A DNA stretch of 64,000 nt from an uncultured Candidatus Woesearchaeota archaeon (GTDB lineage: Archaea > Nanobdellota > Nanobdellia > Woesearchaeales > DSVV01): contig OY970338.1 in the NCBI GenBank assembly GCA_963717515.1, positions 670,882 through 734,881 of the forward strand. Reading direction: 5' to 3'. Position numbers and translations under genes: made by a program. The stretch's first letter is position 1; each line of letters opens with the position of its first letter. The notes beneath the pieces were generated by a model, which had not been told where the DNA came from, searched no databases, and was given only the letters and a program-made list of their open reading frames with translations. Of this stretch, positions 27,567 to 38,171 are shown one piece after another.

Positions 27567-28571
27567 CAGTACACAGACACCTGCAATTCCCGGTGCACGA
27601 TGTGCAATATATGGAAAAAGGAGCCCAAGGACGAGCTCAGGCCAGAAGAGCTTGAGAAGATATTCAAGGATCCTCTCTTCAGCAGGTTGAGATGGGTCAA
27701 TCTCACCGGAGGCGAGCCTTTTTTGAGAAAAGACATAGTGGAGACTGTAAAGCTCATATCAACCCTCCCGAAGCTTGAAGGAATCGCAATCCCGTCGAAC
27801 GGCTTCCTGACAGAGAAGATAGTAAAAGATGCAAAAGATATCCTCAAGATCCTGCCAAAGGACCAGTTCCTATCGATAACATTGTCGATAGACGGGTTTG
27901 AAAAAACACATGATGAAATTCGAGGAGTTCCCGGCGCATATAAAAAAGTCACAGAGACATTAAGAAGACTCAAAGAAATAAAGAACCCGAATTTCAACGT
28001 AGGCATCCAGCCGACAATAATGAAGAAGAACCTGGGCGAGATAGAAGAATTCTACAATGAGATGAAAAAGACGACAAAGAGCATAGGCTTTGCAGTGATG
28101 CTCGAGAGCGAGGGGTATTACGGCAACATGGGCTCAGAAGCCAAACTAAACAAGCAAGATAAATTAAAGATTGCCGATTTCCTCAAAAAGACACTCAAGG
28201 ACGACCCCCAGTACGGGTTCTATTATTCAAAGCTCATAGAGATGTTCAAGACTGGGAAGAGGGGCTTTGGCTGCCTTGCAGGTTACTTAACCCTGTACAT
28301 GAACCCATACGGCGATCTGTACCCATGCCCGGTCCTCTCTTCAGTGATGAGGTACAATTTCGGAAACGTGAAAGACAGCAAGTGGTTCACAAAGAACATC
28401 AAAAGGCCCCTGGAGAGCGAGCCTATATGCGAGAAATGCCACATGATGTGCGATTTCATAAATGTGGCCAAAGTCGAGTTCTTTGAGCATGCGACATTCA
28501 TGCTCTTCCACCCGAAGATACTCAAGAACCTCATAAAAAAGATAAACGCTGAGAAGAACCCGTATTTCTAG
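27456..28571 (+). CDS. Radical SAM protein with a C-terminal SPASM/twitch-like Cys-rich domain
   Basis: CNSRCTMCNIW (CxxxCxxC), NLTGGEPFL, and the C-terminal GFGCLAGY...LYPCPV...EPICEKCHMMCD. Confidence 0.8.
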   Translation: MAVLKSLKLGAEGVVSGTKYHYNKARGKRQYPTFLIYQYTDTCNSRCTMCNIWKKEPKDELRPEELEKIFKDPLFSRLRWVNLTGGEPFLRKDIVETVKLISTLPKLEGIAIPSNGFLTEKIVKDAKDILKILPKDQFLSITLSIDGFEKTHDEIRGVPGAYKKVTETLRRLKEIKNPNFNVGIQPTIMKKNLGEIEEFYNEMKKTTKSIGFAVMLESEGYYGNMGSEAKLNKQDKLKIADFLKKTLKDDPQYGFYYSKLIEMFKTGKRGFGCLAGYLTLYMNPYGDLYPCPVLSSVMRYNFGNVKDSKWFTKNIKRPLESEPICEKCHMMCDFINVAKVEFFEHATFMLFHPKILKNLIKKINAEKNPYF

Positions 28572-28668
28572 ACGGTCTTGCCTGTCCAATGCTAGCACGA
28601 TGATTCTGCAGATGCATTAGGCAAGATTTAAATAATATCCAAAAATTCAATCTAAAAATCATCTTAGA

Positions 28669-30456
28669 ATGGGCTTGAAAAATATTTTGGGGAGCAAAAG
28701 GAACAGGATAATCATCGTAATCTCTCTCATGATAATCTGTTTCCTGATAAGGCTGCACAATTCAGGGGGATTGAGCGGAGGGGATGATTCCAGCTATGCA
28801 GCCTGGTTCTTCTATGCCTATGAACAGCCGACAAGGTTCATATACCTGACCATCCCTGACCTGCCTGTCTGGCACCAGGGCATGTCTCTTCTCAGGAACT
28901 TCTCGATAATCCCTCTGGCACCGTTCGTGTACCTGTTCGGATTCAACACAGCCTCATTGAAGCTTGCAAGCCTGATCTTTGCATCGCTGTCAGTGATGAT
29001 GGCATACATACTTGCGAAGAGGTATTTCAATACAGGGATAGCCCTTCTCACCATGATCCTATTCGTATTCTCACCTCTGAACATAGCTTTCTCAAGGGTG
29101 GTATTTGTCGATTCTGCACTGACATTCTACATCCTCCTGACGATCTATCTCGTCGTCCGGGGCATTGAGGAGAAGAGACCGGGATTTTTCTACATCGCTG
29201 GCCTTGTCTGTCTGGTAGACCAGCTCACCACCAATTTCAGGGGGCTGGTTCCGCTCGTCGGGCTAGTGCCATTCGTGATCCTGTCAAGACCTTCAAAAAA
29301 GCAATGGAAACATCTCGTCCTTGTTGCGATCCTCGCAATGTCCGTATATATCGGCTATACATTGCTGCCTCTGTTATGGGGGGACAGCAGCTTCATCCTG
29401 AGACTGTTCATGAGAATCAACCACGCTGAAGGTGCACGCGGCACGATTTTTTTCACATCTTTAATTCAAATCGGAAAATACCTTTATTTCACCCCGTTCC
29501 TTGGATTGATAGTCGTTCCGGCATTGTTCGGGATATATCATGTATCCAAAGACCTTAAGCGCCCGATAAACGCCTTGACCATATTCTACCTGTTGAGCTC
29601 GATCGTCTTTTATGTGCAGGGCCAGTTCTACCCGTCAAGACAGACCATCTATGTCCCTGTATTTGCATTGCTGGCATCAATAGGCATCATCAGCATGCTC
29701 AAGCCTGCCAAGCAAAGAATGACCAGGCTATATTCACTGATCTTTTTCACGATTGGATACTATCTCCTGATGGTATACATGATGCTCAATCACATCCCGG
29801 AGACATATCCATTTAAGCAAACCATGAGCAGCATCATAGGCAGCAAGGCATTCTCTATCGGGACATACCTGCTCATCGTACTGACAATATTATCTATATT
29901 CATCCCATTCATCCTGCGCTATATCGGAAGAATAAATAAATTCCTGGTAACAAATGAAAAAATTCTTCTCTGGTCAGGAAAGGCAATCCTCATTATCCTG
30001 TTGATAATCAATATCATGGTTCCAGTGATATCTGTTGGGGCAGGATTCGGGATATACCACAGGTCAGATAAGATAAATGCTATCGCCGATTATCTTGAGA
30101 AGAACCTCGGTGATGAGAAATACGGCTGCATCGCAGGGATCCATCAGAAGACCCTGACCTACCTGCTCAAGAGACAATGCATAACCTATAGTGCAGACAT
30201 CGACTGGCTGGAAAGAAATAAAGAGGAGGGGAACCTGAAATATTTTGTGATCAATCTGGAATATGACCGAGGCACCCTATTCCTGGGAAAGTTCCTGAAG
30301 AACGGCAGTGTTGACACGACTGATTACGACAATCCGCTGATACAGAAGAATGATTACCAGAAGATCGCCTGGGTCTTCAACAATACTGTCGACATCACTG
30401 AAAAGACTTCGCTGGGAAAAGATAATCCCTTCTTCAGGCTGAGAGAGATAAAGTAA
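28669..30456 (+). CDS. GT-C fold glycosyltransferase (GT39/GT83, ArnT/PMT-like)
   Basis: 595 aa with about 12 or more TM helices, an acidic first loop GGDDSSYAAWFFY, and a C-terminal soluble domain. No WWDYG motif, so it is not an AglB/STT3 oligosaccharyltransferase. Confidence 0.65.
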   Translation: MGLKNILGSKRNRIIIVISLMIICFLIRLHNSGGLSGGDDSSYAAWFFYAYEQPTRFIYLTIPDLPVWHQGMSLLRNFSIIPLAPFVYLFGFNTASLKLASLIFASLSVMMAYILAKRYFNTGIALLTMILFVFSPLNIAFSRVVFVDSALTFYILLTIYLVVRGIEEKRPGFFYIAGLVCLVDQLTTNFRGLVPLVGLVPFVILSRPSKKQWKHLVLVAILAMSVYIGYTLLPLLWGDSSFILRLFMRINHAEGARGTIFFTSLIQIGKYLYFTPFLGLIVVPALFGIYHVSKDLKRPINALTIFYLLSSIVFYVQGQFYPSRQTIYVPVFALLASIGIISMLKPAKQRMTRLYSLIFFTIGYYLLMVYMMLNHIPETYPFKQTMSSIIGSKAFSIGTYLLIVLTILSIFIPFILRYIGRINKFLVTNEKILLWSGKAILIILLIINIMVPVISVGAGFGIYHRSDKINAIADYLEKNLGDEKYGCIAGIHQKTLTYLLKRQCITYSADIDWLERNKEEGNLKYFVINLEYDRGTLFLGKFLKNGSVDTTDYDNPLIQKNDYQKIAWVFNNTVDITEKTSLGKDNPFFRLREIK

Positions 30457-30485
30457 AGACTCCATTACTTCCACAGCAGGCATGA

Positions 30486-31463
30486 TTATCTGAGATTCTT
30501 ATTTCCAAGCTTCAATCCGAGCGGATTCTTCTGCCAGGTGAAGAACCCAATGGTCGAGAACACAATATTAGTCAGCAGCATTATGGATGAGAATGCAACT
30601 GCCTTCTCAACGCTCAGGCCCAATCGGGAAAATATCAGGATTATCATCGCATCCCTGGTGCCTATTCCGGAGAACGATATAGGTATCATCACGATAATCG
30701 AACCTATCGAGGATATGAGTATCACATCAACCAGCGAGATGCCGATCGACATAATGTCTGCGATGAAATAAAACAGCACGAATGACACTAGCCAGGAGAA
30801 CAATGACAGGAACAGGGTGTAGCCCAAGGTCCTAAGCCTGATTTTCCGCATGTCATCGAAGAACACATCCAGGTGCCTGTTGACTTTCTCTTTTATCCTT
30901 CTTGGCAGGAAAACCAGGAACAGCATCCTGAAAGAGAATGTCCTGACTTTTTCAGACAGCAGAAGGGTGAACAGTGCCCCAATAAAGGCCATGACGACAA
31001 CCACCATAAGCCATGCCCTGCCGATGAAGGCAGAAGAATACACAAATATCGCCAGAAGGCCGATGACGAGCAGGACTATCGTGTCCTCTATCCTGTCAAC
31101 GAAAACACTGACCGATGACTTGCCAAATGAATGGCCTTTCTTATTGACATAGAATATCCTGACTATCTCCCCAAGCCTGCCAGGCAGGAAATTGGAGACA
31201 AATGATGTCGTGAACAGGATAGAAAAAAGCTCCCAGAAACCTATCGCGATATCCTGCGATCTCAGGAGGACTGTCCACCTGTAGGCCCGGACAAGGTCCA
31301 GGTATACTACTATCACCAGAACAAGCAGCAGTATGAGGAGAATATCGGATTCCCTGTAGATATCTATTACCTTTCCGACGTCAATCCTCGTTATTATGAA
31401 GATGAAGATAAGTATCCCGACGCTCCTCAGTATCCAGCCCAACAACCTGTCCCTGTCCATCAT
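30486..31463 (-). CDS. Flippase-like membrane protein (UPF0104 / lysyl-PG synthase TM-domain family)
   Basis: 325 aa with about 8 TM helices. Contains LPGRLGEIVRIFYV, typical of the family. Confidence 0.6.
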   Translation of the reverse strand: MMDRDRLLGWILRSVGILIFIFIITRIDVGKVIDIYRESDILLILLLVLVIVVYLDLVRAYRWTVLLRSQDIAIGFWELFSILFTTSFVSNFLPGRLGEIVRIFYVNKKGHSFGKSSVSVFVDRIEDTIVLLVIGLLAIFVYSSAFIGRAWLMVVVVMAFIGALFTLLLSEKVRTFSFRMLFLVFLPRRIKEKVNRHLDVFFDDMRKIRLRTLGYTLFLSLFSWLVSFVLFYFIADIMSIGISLVDVILISSIGSIIVMIPISFSGIGTRDAMIILIFSRLGLSVEKAVAFSSIMLLTNIVFSTIGFFTWQKNPLGLKLGNKNLR

Positions 31464-31602
31464 CCCCTAAAAAGAAACTCGATTTATAAATTTTATCTGC
31501 AATGGGGAATCATCCGCGCCGGCAGATCGTGCGATGGATAATTGCCTGTGGAGGATGAAGTTATAAAGAAATCGTATCATTTATAAATACCTGTGGATTC
31601 AC

Positions 31603-32556
31603 ATGCCCATGAAACTTGTGATCATAATTCCGGCATTGAACGAAGAAAAAACAATCGGAAAGATAATCGCTGATATTCCGAAAGACATTCCCGGGATAAC
31701 TGATATTGAAGTGGTCGTGGTCGATGATGGCAGCACAGACAGGACAGGCCAAATTGCCCAAAAATCAGGGGCAGTCGTCATCTCTCACGCGAAAAACAGG
31801 GGAGTAGGCAGGGCATTCAAGACAGGTATCGAATACGCATTGAGCAGCCAGGCGGACATCATTGTCAATATCGACGGAGACGGGCAGTTCGACCCGAACG
31901 ACATCAGGAAGCTGATATCGCCCATAATGAAGAAGGATTATGATTTCGTGACCTGCACCCGCTTCCATAAAGGCTTCCTGAAAGGCAGGATGCCGTTCAT
32001 CAAGAGGATTGGCAACCGCATCATCTCATCCCTGATATCGTTCCTCATCAAAGAGAAATTCACCGATACGCAATGCGGTTTTCGGGCCTACTCGAGGGAT
32101 TCTGCCATGAACCTCTCAGTCTACAGCGACTACACCTATACCCAGGAAGTATTCATTGACCTCGCAAACAAGGGATTCAAGATGACTGAGATGCCCCTAA
32201 AGGTCCAGGCACAGAGAAGCTACGGAAAGAGCAGGGTGCTGAACAAGGGCATCCTGAATTACATCGGAAACAGCATGATCATCATATTAAGGGCATACAG
32301 GGATTACAAGCCTCTGATTTTTTTCGGCTTTCCCGGAGTCGTATTCCTGGGAATCGGTCTCCTGACTGGGATGGGTTCATTCATATACTGGCTGATAAAC
32401 GGCATTACTACACCTGTCAAGACCTATGTTCTCATCTCGATCTTATTCACGATACTCGGCGTCATGATAATCATCCTTGCGCTCATAGCCGATATGTTCA
32501 TCAGGATCAGGAGGATACTCGACAATATCCTGCTGCAATTGAAAAGAAGACGATAA
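31603..32556 (+). CDS. GT2 polyprenyl-phosphate glycosyltransferase (GtrB/ArnC/DPM-like) with C-terminal TM helices
   Basis: IIIPALNEEKTIGKII, VVVVDDGSTDRT and NIDGDGQFDP, plus 2 C-terminal TM helices. Confidence 0.85.
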   Translation: MPMKLVIIIPALNEEKTIGKIIADIPKDIPGITDIEVVVVDDGSTDRTGQIAQKSGAVVISHAKNRGVGRAFKTGIEYALSSQADIIVNIDGDGQFDPNDIRKLISPIMKKDYDFVTCTRFHKGFLKGRMPFIKRIGNRIISSLISFLIKEKFTDTQCGFRAYSRDSAMNLSVYSDYTYTQEVFIDLANKGFKMTEMPLKVQAQRSYGKSRVLNKGILNYIGNSMIIILRAYRDYKPLIFFGFPGVVFLGIGLLTGMGSFIYWLINGITTPVKTYVLISILFTILGVMIIILALIADMFIRIRRILDNILLQLKRRR

Positions 32557-32589
32557 CGGCAGCCATCTCCTGATGGTTCATCTGAGATA

Positions 32590-33870
32590 TCACAACGAGA
32601 AATATCTGAAATCCAGTGCCAGGGCATCCATCCTTGAATAGAATGATCTGATATCGACCAATATCGGAGAATCCTTCATCAGCGACCTGAGTCTCTTCAA
32701 TGTCAGCTTCCTGAACTCATCATGGGGAGCCAAGATCACAACGCAGTCGATATCATCCTCAAGCTCCTCCAGGGATATGCTCGGTACCCCAAATTCATCC
32801 TCAATGATGCTATTTTCAAGAAGGGGATCGCATGCCAGCATATTGAGGTTGTATCTCTTCAGTTCGTTTATCAGGTCCAAGGCCTTTGAATTCCTGTAAT
32901 CCCTGACATTCTCCTTGAACGTGAGGCCGAGGATAAGCACCCTTGCATTGTTCAACGCCTTGCCATGGTTGCTGAGGCCTTTAATCACAAACTCTGCGAC
33001 ATGCCTGGACATGTACTCGTTGATATGCCTTCCTGCAAGGATTATCTGGGGCTCATAACCAAGCTGCTGCGCCTTGAAAGTCAAATAATACGGGTCCACC
33101 CCTATGCAATGACCCCCCACAAGACCTGGAGAATACCTATGGAAATTCCATTTCGTGCCGGCAGCATCGAGCACGTCCTTGGTGGAGATGCCGATCCTTT
33201 CAAATATGAGCGAAAGCTCGTTCATCAATGCGATATTGAGGTCCCTCTGGATATTCTCGATCACTTTCGCAGCCTCTGCAACCTTGATGCTCGGCGCCCT
33301 GAAAACACCAGCACTGATGATTTTAGAATATGCATCAGCCACTCTTTCAAGAGTATCCTGGTCCATCCCAGAAACCACTTTTACGACCTTGTCCAGGGAA
33401 TGATCCCTGTCGCCGGGATTTATCCTCTCAGGGCTGTATCCCACCTTGAAATCCTTTCCGCATCTCATTTTGGAATGCTTCTCAAGGACAGGAACGCATA
33501 TCTCTTCAGTCACGCCCGGATAAACAGTACTTTCATAGACGACGATGGAGCCTTTTTTCAGGTTTTCCCCTACAATCCTTGATGCTGATTTCAGATTTGT
33601 CAGATCAGGCCTCCTGTCTTTTGTTATGGGTGTAGGCACTGTGATTATTATGAAATCAGATTTAGAGATATGTCCTTGGTCGCTTGTGAATGTGACTTTT
33701 GCTGCCTTTATCTCATCCGGGGTTAGCTCACCTGACCTGTCAATACCATTCTTCAGCTCCTTTATCCTCTGGCCATCAATGTCAAAGCCAGTCACATTGA
33801 ATATTTTCCCGAATCCTACTGCAAGCGGCAGACCTACATAACCCAGGCCGACTATGCAGATCTTCATCAT
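32590..33870 (-). CDS. UDP-N-acetyl-hexosamine 6-dehydrogenase-type nucleotide-sugar dehydrogenase (TviB/WbpO/WecC-like)
   Basis: MMKICIVGLGYVGLPLAVGF and the catalytic GGHCIGVDPYY. Confidence 0.8.
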   Translation of the reverse strand: MMKICIVGLGYVGLPLAVGFGKIFNVTGFDIDGQRIKELKNGIDRSGELTPDEIKAAKVTFTSDQGHISKSDFIIITVPTPITKDRRPDLTNLKSASRIVGENLKKGSIVVYESTVYPGVTEEICVPVLEKHSKMRCGKDFKVGYSPERINPGDRDHSLDKVVKVVSGMDQDTLERVADAYSKIISAGVFRAPSIKVAEAAKVIENIQRDLNIALMNELSLIFERIGISTKDVLDAAGTKWNFHRYSPGLVGGHCIGVDPYYLTFKAQQLGYEPQIILAGRHINEYMSRHVAEFVIKGLSNHGKALNNARVLILGLTFKENVRDYRNSKALDLINELKRYNLNMLACDPLLENSIIEDEFGVPSISLEELEDDIDCVVILAPHDEFRKLTLKRLRSLMKDSPILVDIRSFYSRMDALALDFRYFSL

Positions 33871-34820
33871 GCAACCCCGAAATAATCCCTGTACCAGGCG
33901 ACAAATCTCTTCACGCCCTCCTGCACGTCGACTTTGGGATTGAATCCCAGAAGCTTCCTTGCCTTGGAGATGTCTGCCGATGTCTCCTTCACATCACCTG
34001 GCTGCATGTCCATGAAATTTATTACAGCCTTTTTGCCGAGCTCTTTCTCGATCGTCGATATGTAGTCCATGAGCTTCACAGGGCTGCCGTTGCCCAGGTT
34101 GATTATCTCAAAACCCATCGGCTTGTCAAGCGCCAATACAAACCCTTCGACGATGTCGCCGACATATGTGAAATCCCTCATCATGTCACCATGATTGTAG
34201 ACGTCGATTGGCTTTCCCTCAAGTATGTTCTTCGTGAACCTGAACAGCGCCATGTCAGGCCTTCCGAACGGGCCGTATACTGTGAAGAATCTCAGGCAGG
34301 TTATATCCATGCCGAAAAGATGATGATACACATGAGCAAGGAGCTCGCAGCCCCTCTTTGATGCAGAATATATCGAGACAGGGGTATCCACTCTCTGGTC
34401 CTCTTTGAACGGCATGTCCTCATTGAGGCCGTAGACAGACGAGGTCGATGCGAACACTATATGGCTAATCTTGTTTCTCTTAGCAAGCTCGAAAAGGTTG
34501 AGGGTTCCTACATAGTTCGACTCTGCATACACAAACGGGTTCTCCAGCGAGTACCTGACTCCTGCCTGGGCTGCGAAGTGGCATATCCTGTCTATCCTGT
34601 TCTCCGCAAATATCTTCTCAAGGGCCTCCTTGTCTGCGATATCAGCCTTGTAGAACTTTATCCTGCCCTCGAACTGGGCAAGCCTGGCATTCTTGAGCCC
34701 GGGGTCGTAGTATTCATTGAGATTGTCGATGCAGACGACCTCATGGCCCAGTTCAAGCAGCCTGATTATCAGATGGCTGCCGATGAATCCCGCCCCGCCT
34801 GTGACAAGTATCGTCTTCAT
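33867..34820 (-). CDS. NAD-dependent nucleotide-sugar (uronate) 4-epimerase, SDR family
   Basis: ILVTGGAGFIGSH and SIYSASKRGCE (YxxxK). ATGA overlaps on both sides. Confidence 0.8.
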   Translation of the reverse strand: MKTILVTGGAGFIGSHLIIRLLELGHEVVCIDNLNEYYDPGLKNARLAQFEGRIKFYKADIADKEALEKIFAENRIDRICHFAAQAGVRYSLENPFVYAESNYVGTLNLFELAKRNKISHIVFASTSSVYGLNEDMPFKEDQRVDTPVSIYSASKRGCELLAHVYHHLFGMDITCLRFFTVYGPFGRPDMALFRFTKNILEGKPIDVYNHGDMMRDFTYVGDIVEGFVLALDKPMGFEIINLGNGSPVKLMDYISTIEKELGKKAVINFMDMQPGDVKETSADISKARKLLGFNPKVDVQEGVKRFVAWYRDYFGVA

Positions 34821-36112
34821 CTTCCTATACCGATGTAAGTGAAACCGAGCTTCTTCATCTCCTTCGGGTTGTATATGTTCCTTCCGTCGACGACAATGGG
34901 CTTTTTCAGAAGCGACTTGATGGCCTGCCTGTCAAGGTTCCGGAATTCGTCCCATTCAGTGACTATAATGAGGGCATCACAGTCCTTGATAGTGTCATAA
35001 GGCGTCCTGAAGAACCTGACATCCTTCAGCTCCTTCTTCGCATTGTCCATTGCGACAGGGTCGAATGCGTGGACCTTTGCGCCGGCTTCCTGAAGCAGGC
35101 TGATTATCTTCAATGCCGGAGCCTCACGTATATCGTCAGTCTTCGGCTTGAATGCAACACCCCAGACTGCTACTGTCGATCCTTTCAATCTGAGGATCTT
35201 CCTAAGCTTGTCGACAACAATAGTCTTCTGCTTCTCATTGACGTCATGGACAGCCTCAAACAGCCCTGATTCGCATTTGTTCTCTTTGAGCGTCGCTATT
35301 AGGGCGAGCACGTCTTTTGGAAAACAGCTGCCCCCGTAACCGACCCCGGCCTGCAGGAACCTCGAGCCTATCCTGTTATCAAGACCCATCCCCTTTCCGA
35401 CCTCTTTTATGTCCGCACCTGTCTTTTCGCACAGGTGGGAGAGCTGGTTCATGAAGCTTATCCTTGTCGCAAGCATCGCATTGCTTGCATATTTGATGAG
35501 CTCTGCGCTCCTTATGTCTGTGACCATGATGGGATTGTCCACACGGGCGACTCCCTGATAGAGGGATGTCATCAATGCCTCTGCTTTCTTGCTTTCAGTG
35601 CCGACAACCACCCTCTGGGGGTTCTGGAAATCCTTTACAGCGGAGCCTTCCCTGAGGAACTCGGGGTTGGAAACGACGTCGAAATCAACCTTTTTCTTCT
35701 GGCTGTCTTTGATTATCTTCCTGACCATCGAGGCTGTCCCGACAGGGACTGTGCTCTTGTTGACCACGACCTTGTAGCTGTTCATGTGTCTGCCTATGTC
35801 TTTTGCCACGGCCTTGACAGCAGTCAGGTCAGCCTCGTGAAACTCGTTCGGAGGCGTTCCGACAGCAAGCATAATGATATCTGACTTCTGGATGGATTCC
35901 CTGGGATTGGTCGAGAAAGTCAGTCTCTTCTCTTTTATGTTCTGGTCAAAAAGCTCCTTGAGCCCTGGCTCATATATAGGCAACCTGCCTTTCCTGAGCA
36001 TATCCACCTTGGCCTTGTCTATGTCAAGGCAAATCACATCATTCCCAAGGTTTGCAAAGCAGGTGCCTGTCACAAGCCCCACGTATCCTGTTCCTACGAT
36101 TGTAATCTTCAT
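34817..36112 (-). CDS. ugd: UDP-glucose 6-dehydrogenase
   Basis: MKITIVGTGYVGLVTG and GYGGSCFPKD. Confidence 0.85.
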   Translation of the reverse strand: MKITIVGTGYVGLVTGTCFANLGNDVICLDIDKAKVDMLRKGRLPIYEPGLKELFDQNIKEKRLTFSTNPRESIQKSDIIMLAVGTPPNEFHEADLTAVKAVAKDIGRHMNSYKVVVNKSTVPVGTASMVRKIIKDSQKKKVDFDVVSNPEFLREGSAVKDFQNPQRVVVGTESKKAEALMTSLYQGVARVDNPIMVTDIRSAELIKYASNAMLATRISFMNQLSHLCEKTGADIKEVGKGMGLDNRIGSRFLQAGVGYGGSCFPKDVLALIATLKENKCESGLFEAVHDVNEKQKTIVVDKLRKILRLKGSTVAVWGVAFKPKTDDIREAPALKIISLLQEAGAKVHAFDPVAMDNAKKELKDVRFFRTPYDTIKDCDALIIVTEWDEFRNLDRQAIKSLLKKPIVVDGRNIYNPKEMKKLGFTYIGIGR

Positions 36113-36166
36113 GATATCACCTTGGAGGGTGGATATTGAGGATTTATTTAAAAAATTTGTTAATTT

Positions 36167-36976
36167 ATGAGACTTGGCAAAGTTAGATACAACAGAAAAG
36201 TTTTTATAAAAAGGCCGATGATATATTGTACAATGGCAATTTCTATGGTCGCAGTTTTTCAGACCTTTAATTCCTGGGGGATATTTAATATCTTTATCCC
36301 TGCATTGTCCATGGCAACAATCTGTTTAATCATCATTTTTTCCATTTTTGGTTTATGGAATATCAAATTGGGAAGGAAACTCTTGTATTCAATAATACTT
36401 TCAATAGTGTTCGGCTTAATAGTGATTGTAATAGGGATTTTTGACATATACCCGGGTGGATTTAATCTATTTCAAATTTATCAATCCGGATTTCCCTTAT
36501 TAGTACCAATTGCCGGAAGTCTTCTTATTGCTTTATTTCCCTTATCGCTGCTGTTTGATAAACAGCTAAATATATTAATAATTTTGATTGTATTAACAAT
36601 ATTGATTCTCCCTTTCAGTATTGGATATGTCACTATTTTATTTGGAATATCAATTATTCATAGTATCCAATTCAACACCCTTCTCAGCAATACAGCTGGA
36701 TTAATGCTTTTGGCGCTTATCCCAGTCTTTCCTATTTTACTCATCATATCCCAATATAAAGGAATTTCGAGTCATATAAATATAAACATAGTGAAAACAA
36801 TATCCATACTTGCAATAATATATTCAGTCATCAGGATTGTACTTTATTCAGATATTAAGGCATACGGAATAGAGGTTATCACTTATTCAATGTTTTTAAG
36901 CGTCATTTTATGGTCAATGTTGTTGTATAAATTATACAGATCTCCCGGAACTATGGGTTTAAAAATTGACTCTTAG
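36167..36976 (+). CDS. Low-GC polytopic membrane protein of unknown function (possible Wzy-like polymerase)
   Basis: About 8 TM helices, very AT-rich coding sequence, sits at the edge of the glycan island. Start uncertain. Confidence 0.45.
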   Translation: MRLGKVRYNRKVFIKRPMIYCTMAISMVAVFQTFNSWGIFNIFIPALSMATICLIIIFSIFGLWNIKLGRKLLYSIILSIVFGLIVIVIGIFDIYPGGFNLFQIYQSGFPLLVPIAGSLLIALFPLSLLFDKQLNILIILIVLTILILPFSIGYVTILFGISIIHSIQFNTLLSNTAGLMLLALIPVFPILLIISQYKGISSHININIVKTISILAIIYSVIRIVLYSDIKAYGIEVITYSMFLSVILWSMLLYKLYRSPGTMGLKIDS

Positions 36977-36996
36977 CATTAACTTTAATCGAAATA

Positions 36997-37004
36997 TTTA
37001 TAAA
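36997..37004 (+). promoter_or_regulatory. TATA box TTTATAAA of the 5S rRNA gene
   Basis: About 22 nt upstream of the inferred 5S 5' end. Confidence 0.55.
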
Positions 37005-37024
37005 CCACCCGGGAACCCGGTTGT

Positions 37025-37144
37025 ATGTGGACGGCCATAGCAGCCTGGAAATACCCGTTCCCATTTCGAACACGGAAGTCAAGCAGGCTTACGTTCTGTT
37101 GTGTACTGTACTTTTGTACGGGAAAAGCAGAAAGCTGTTCACAC
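37025..37144 (+). rRNA. rrf: 5S ribosomal RNA (archaeal type), not linked to 16S/23S in this window
   Basis: ACGGCCATAGC...CCCATTTCGAACACGGAAGTCAAGC...GTACTG core. Helix I can form between GTGGACGGC (37027-37035) and GCTGTTCAC (37134-37142). A T-rich tract follows. Ends are accurate to about 3 nt. Confidence 0.9.
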
Positions 37145-37175
37145 TTCTCTTTTCATCGATGAAGCCCGGCATATA

Positions 37176-37771
37176 TCAATATCTACCCTGTCTCAGCATG
37201 TTCTCAAGTTCCTGCCCTTTTCCTTTGACAGCAGCCAGATAGATAGGCAACCCGTAACCCCCTTCGACAGCGATCACCCCTATGCCATCCTCGTTCGAGC
37301 TGCATATATGCAGACCGTCCGGATACATGCCATTTGTCCTCTTTACAGGGCCTTTCCTAAGCCGTCTCACGCATTCCACATTCCTGCTCAGGATATCAAC
37401 ATAGTATTCCAGCTCTCCGACTGCAGAGTATTCCTGTTCTTTGAGCTGTGCTGCAGGGTGCTTATCGTAGCGTCCGCAAAGTTCATCCACGGACTTATTG
37501 ACTGAATCAGCGTAAGAAGGATTGTAATTCACAAGCACGAACATCGTGCCGTCTGCCCTGCGATCCACGATCTTGAGGCCGATAAGGTTTGATGTCTTCT
37601 TCTTTCCGCTAAGCACCCTGTTTGTCCTGTAGATGCCGTCAGGCTTCTTCTCCTTGAAACCCATCGCGACATACTGCACTTTCGCCTGTCCCCTGAGCCT
37701 ATTGTCCAATGATTCCATGCATGCAGCCATATACTGCGTTATCCGGTTATCGTGCCCTATTTTTGCCATCT
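37176..37771 (-). CDS. Hypothetical protein (about 198 aa)
   Basis: Start moved to MAKIGHDNRITQYM, which is preceded by GGTGAT at 7-nt spacing. No family recognised. Confidence 0.5.
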
Positions 37772-38171
37772 TCCAATCACCTCGAGGCTTTCCGGCGACA
37801 TGGAATGATGCACGTAATACAGGCAACTGAAATTCATCAGACAGAACCAGCCACCAGAAAGAGCCAATGAGAGGGCTATGCCAGCCAAAACACAATCAGA
37901 AGTTTATTTAGCTGTGCTCTCATGACCAAGAAAAAGCAAAACATCTATATAAATATTTGCAAGGTATGAGGGTGTATGATGCCTGCAACATATATATTTT
38001 TGAATATAAATAATTAAATGGTTAAATAACCAATAAACAATCATCATGGCAAGCCGTGATCCACTGAACCCGTATTTCTTTTTTATATTGGAAACCTATA
38101 AGACAACGCCTGATCATGCCGACACAAGCTACCTGCAATTGTATCCACTTACCACCTGGGGCATTTGTGCA

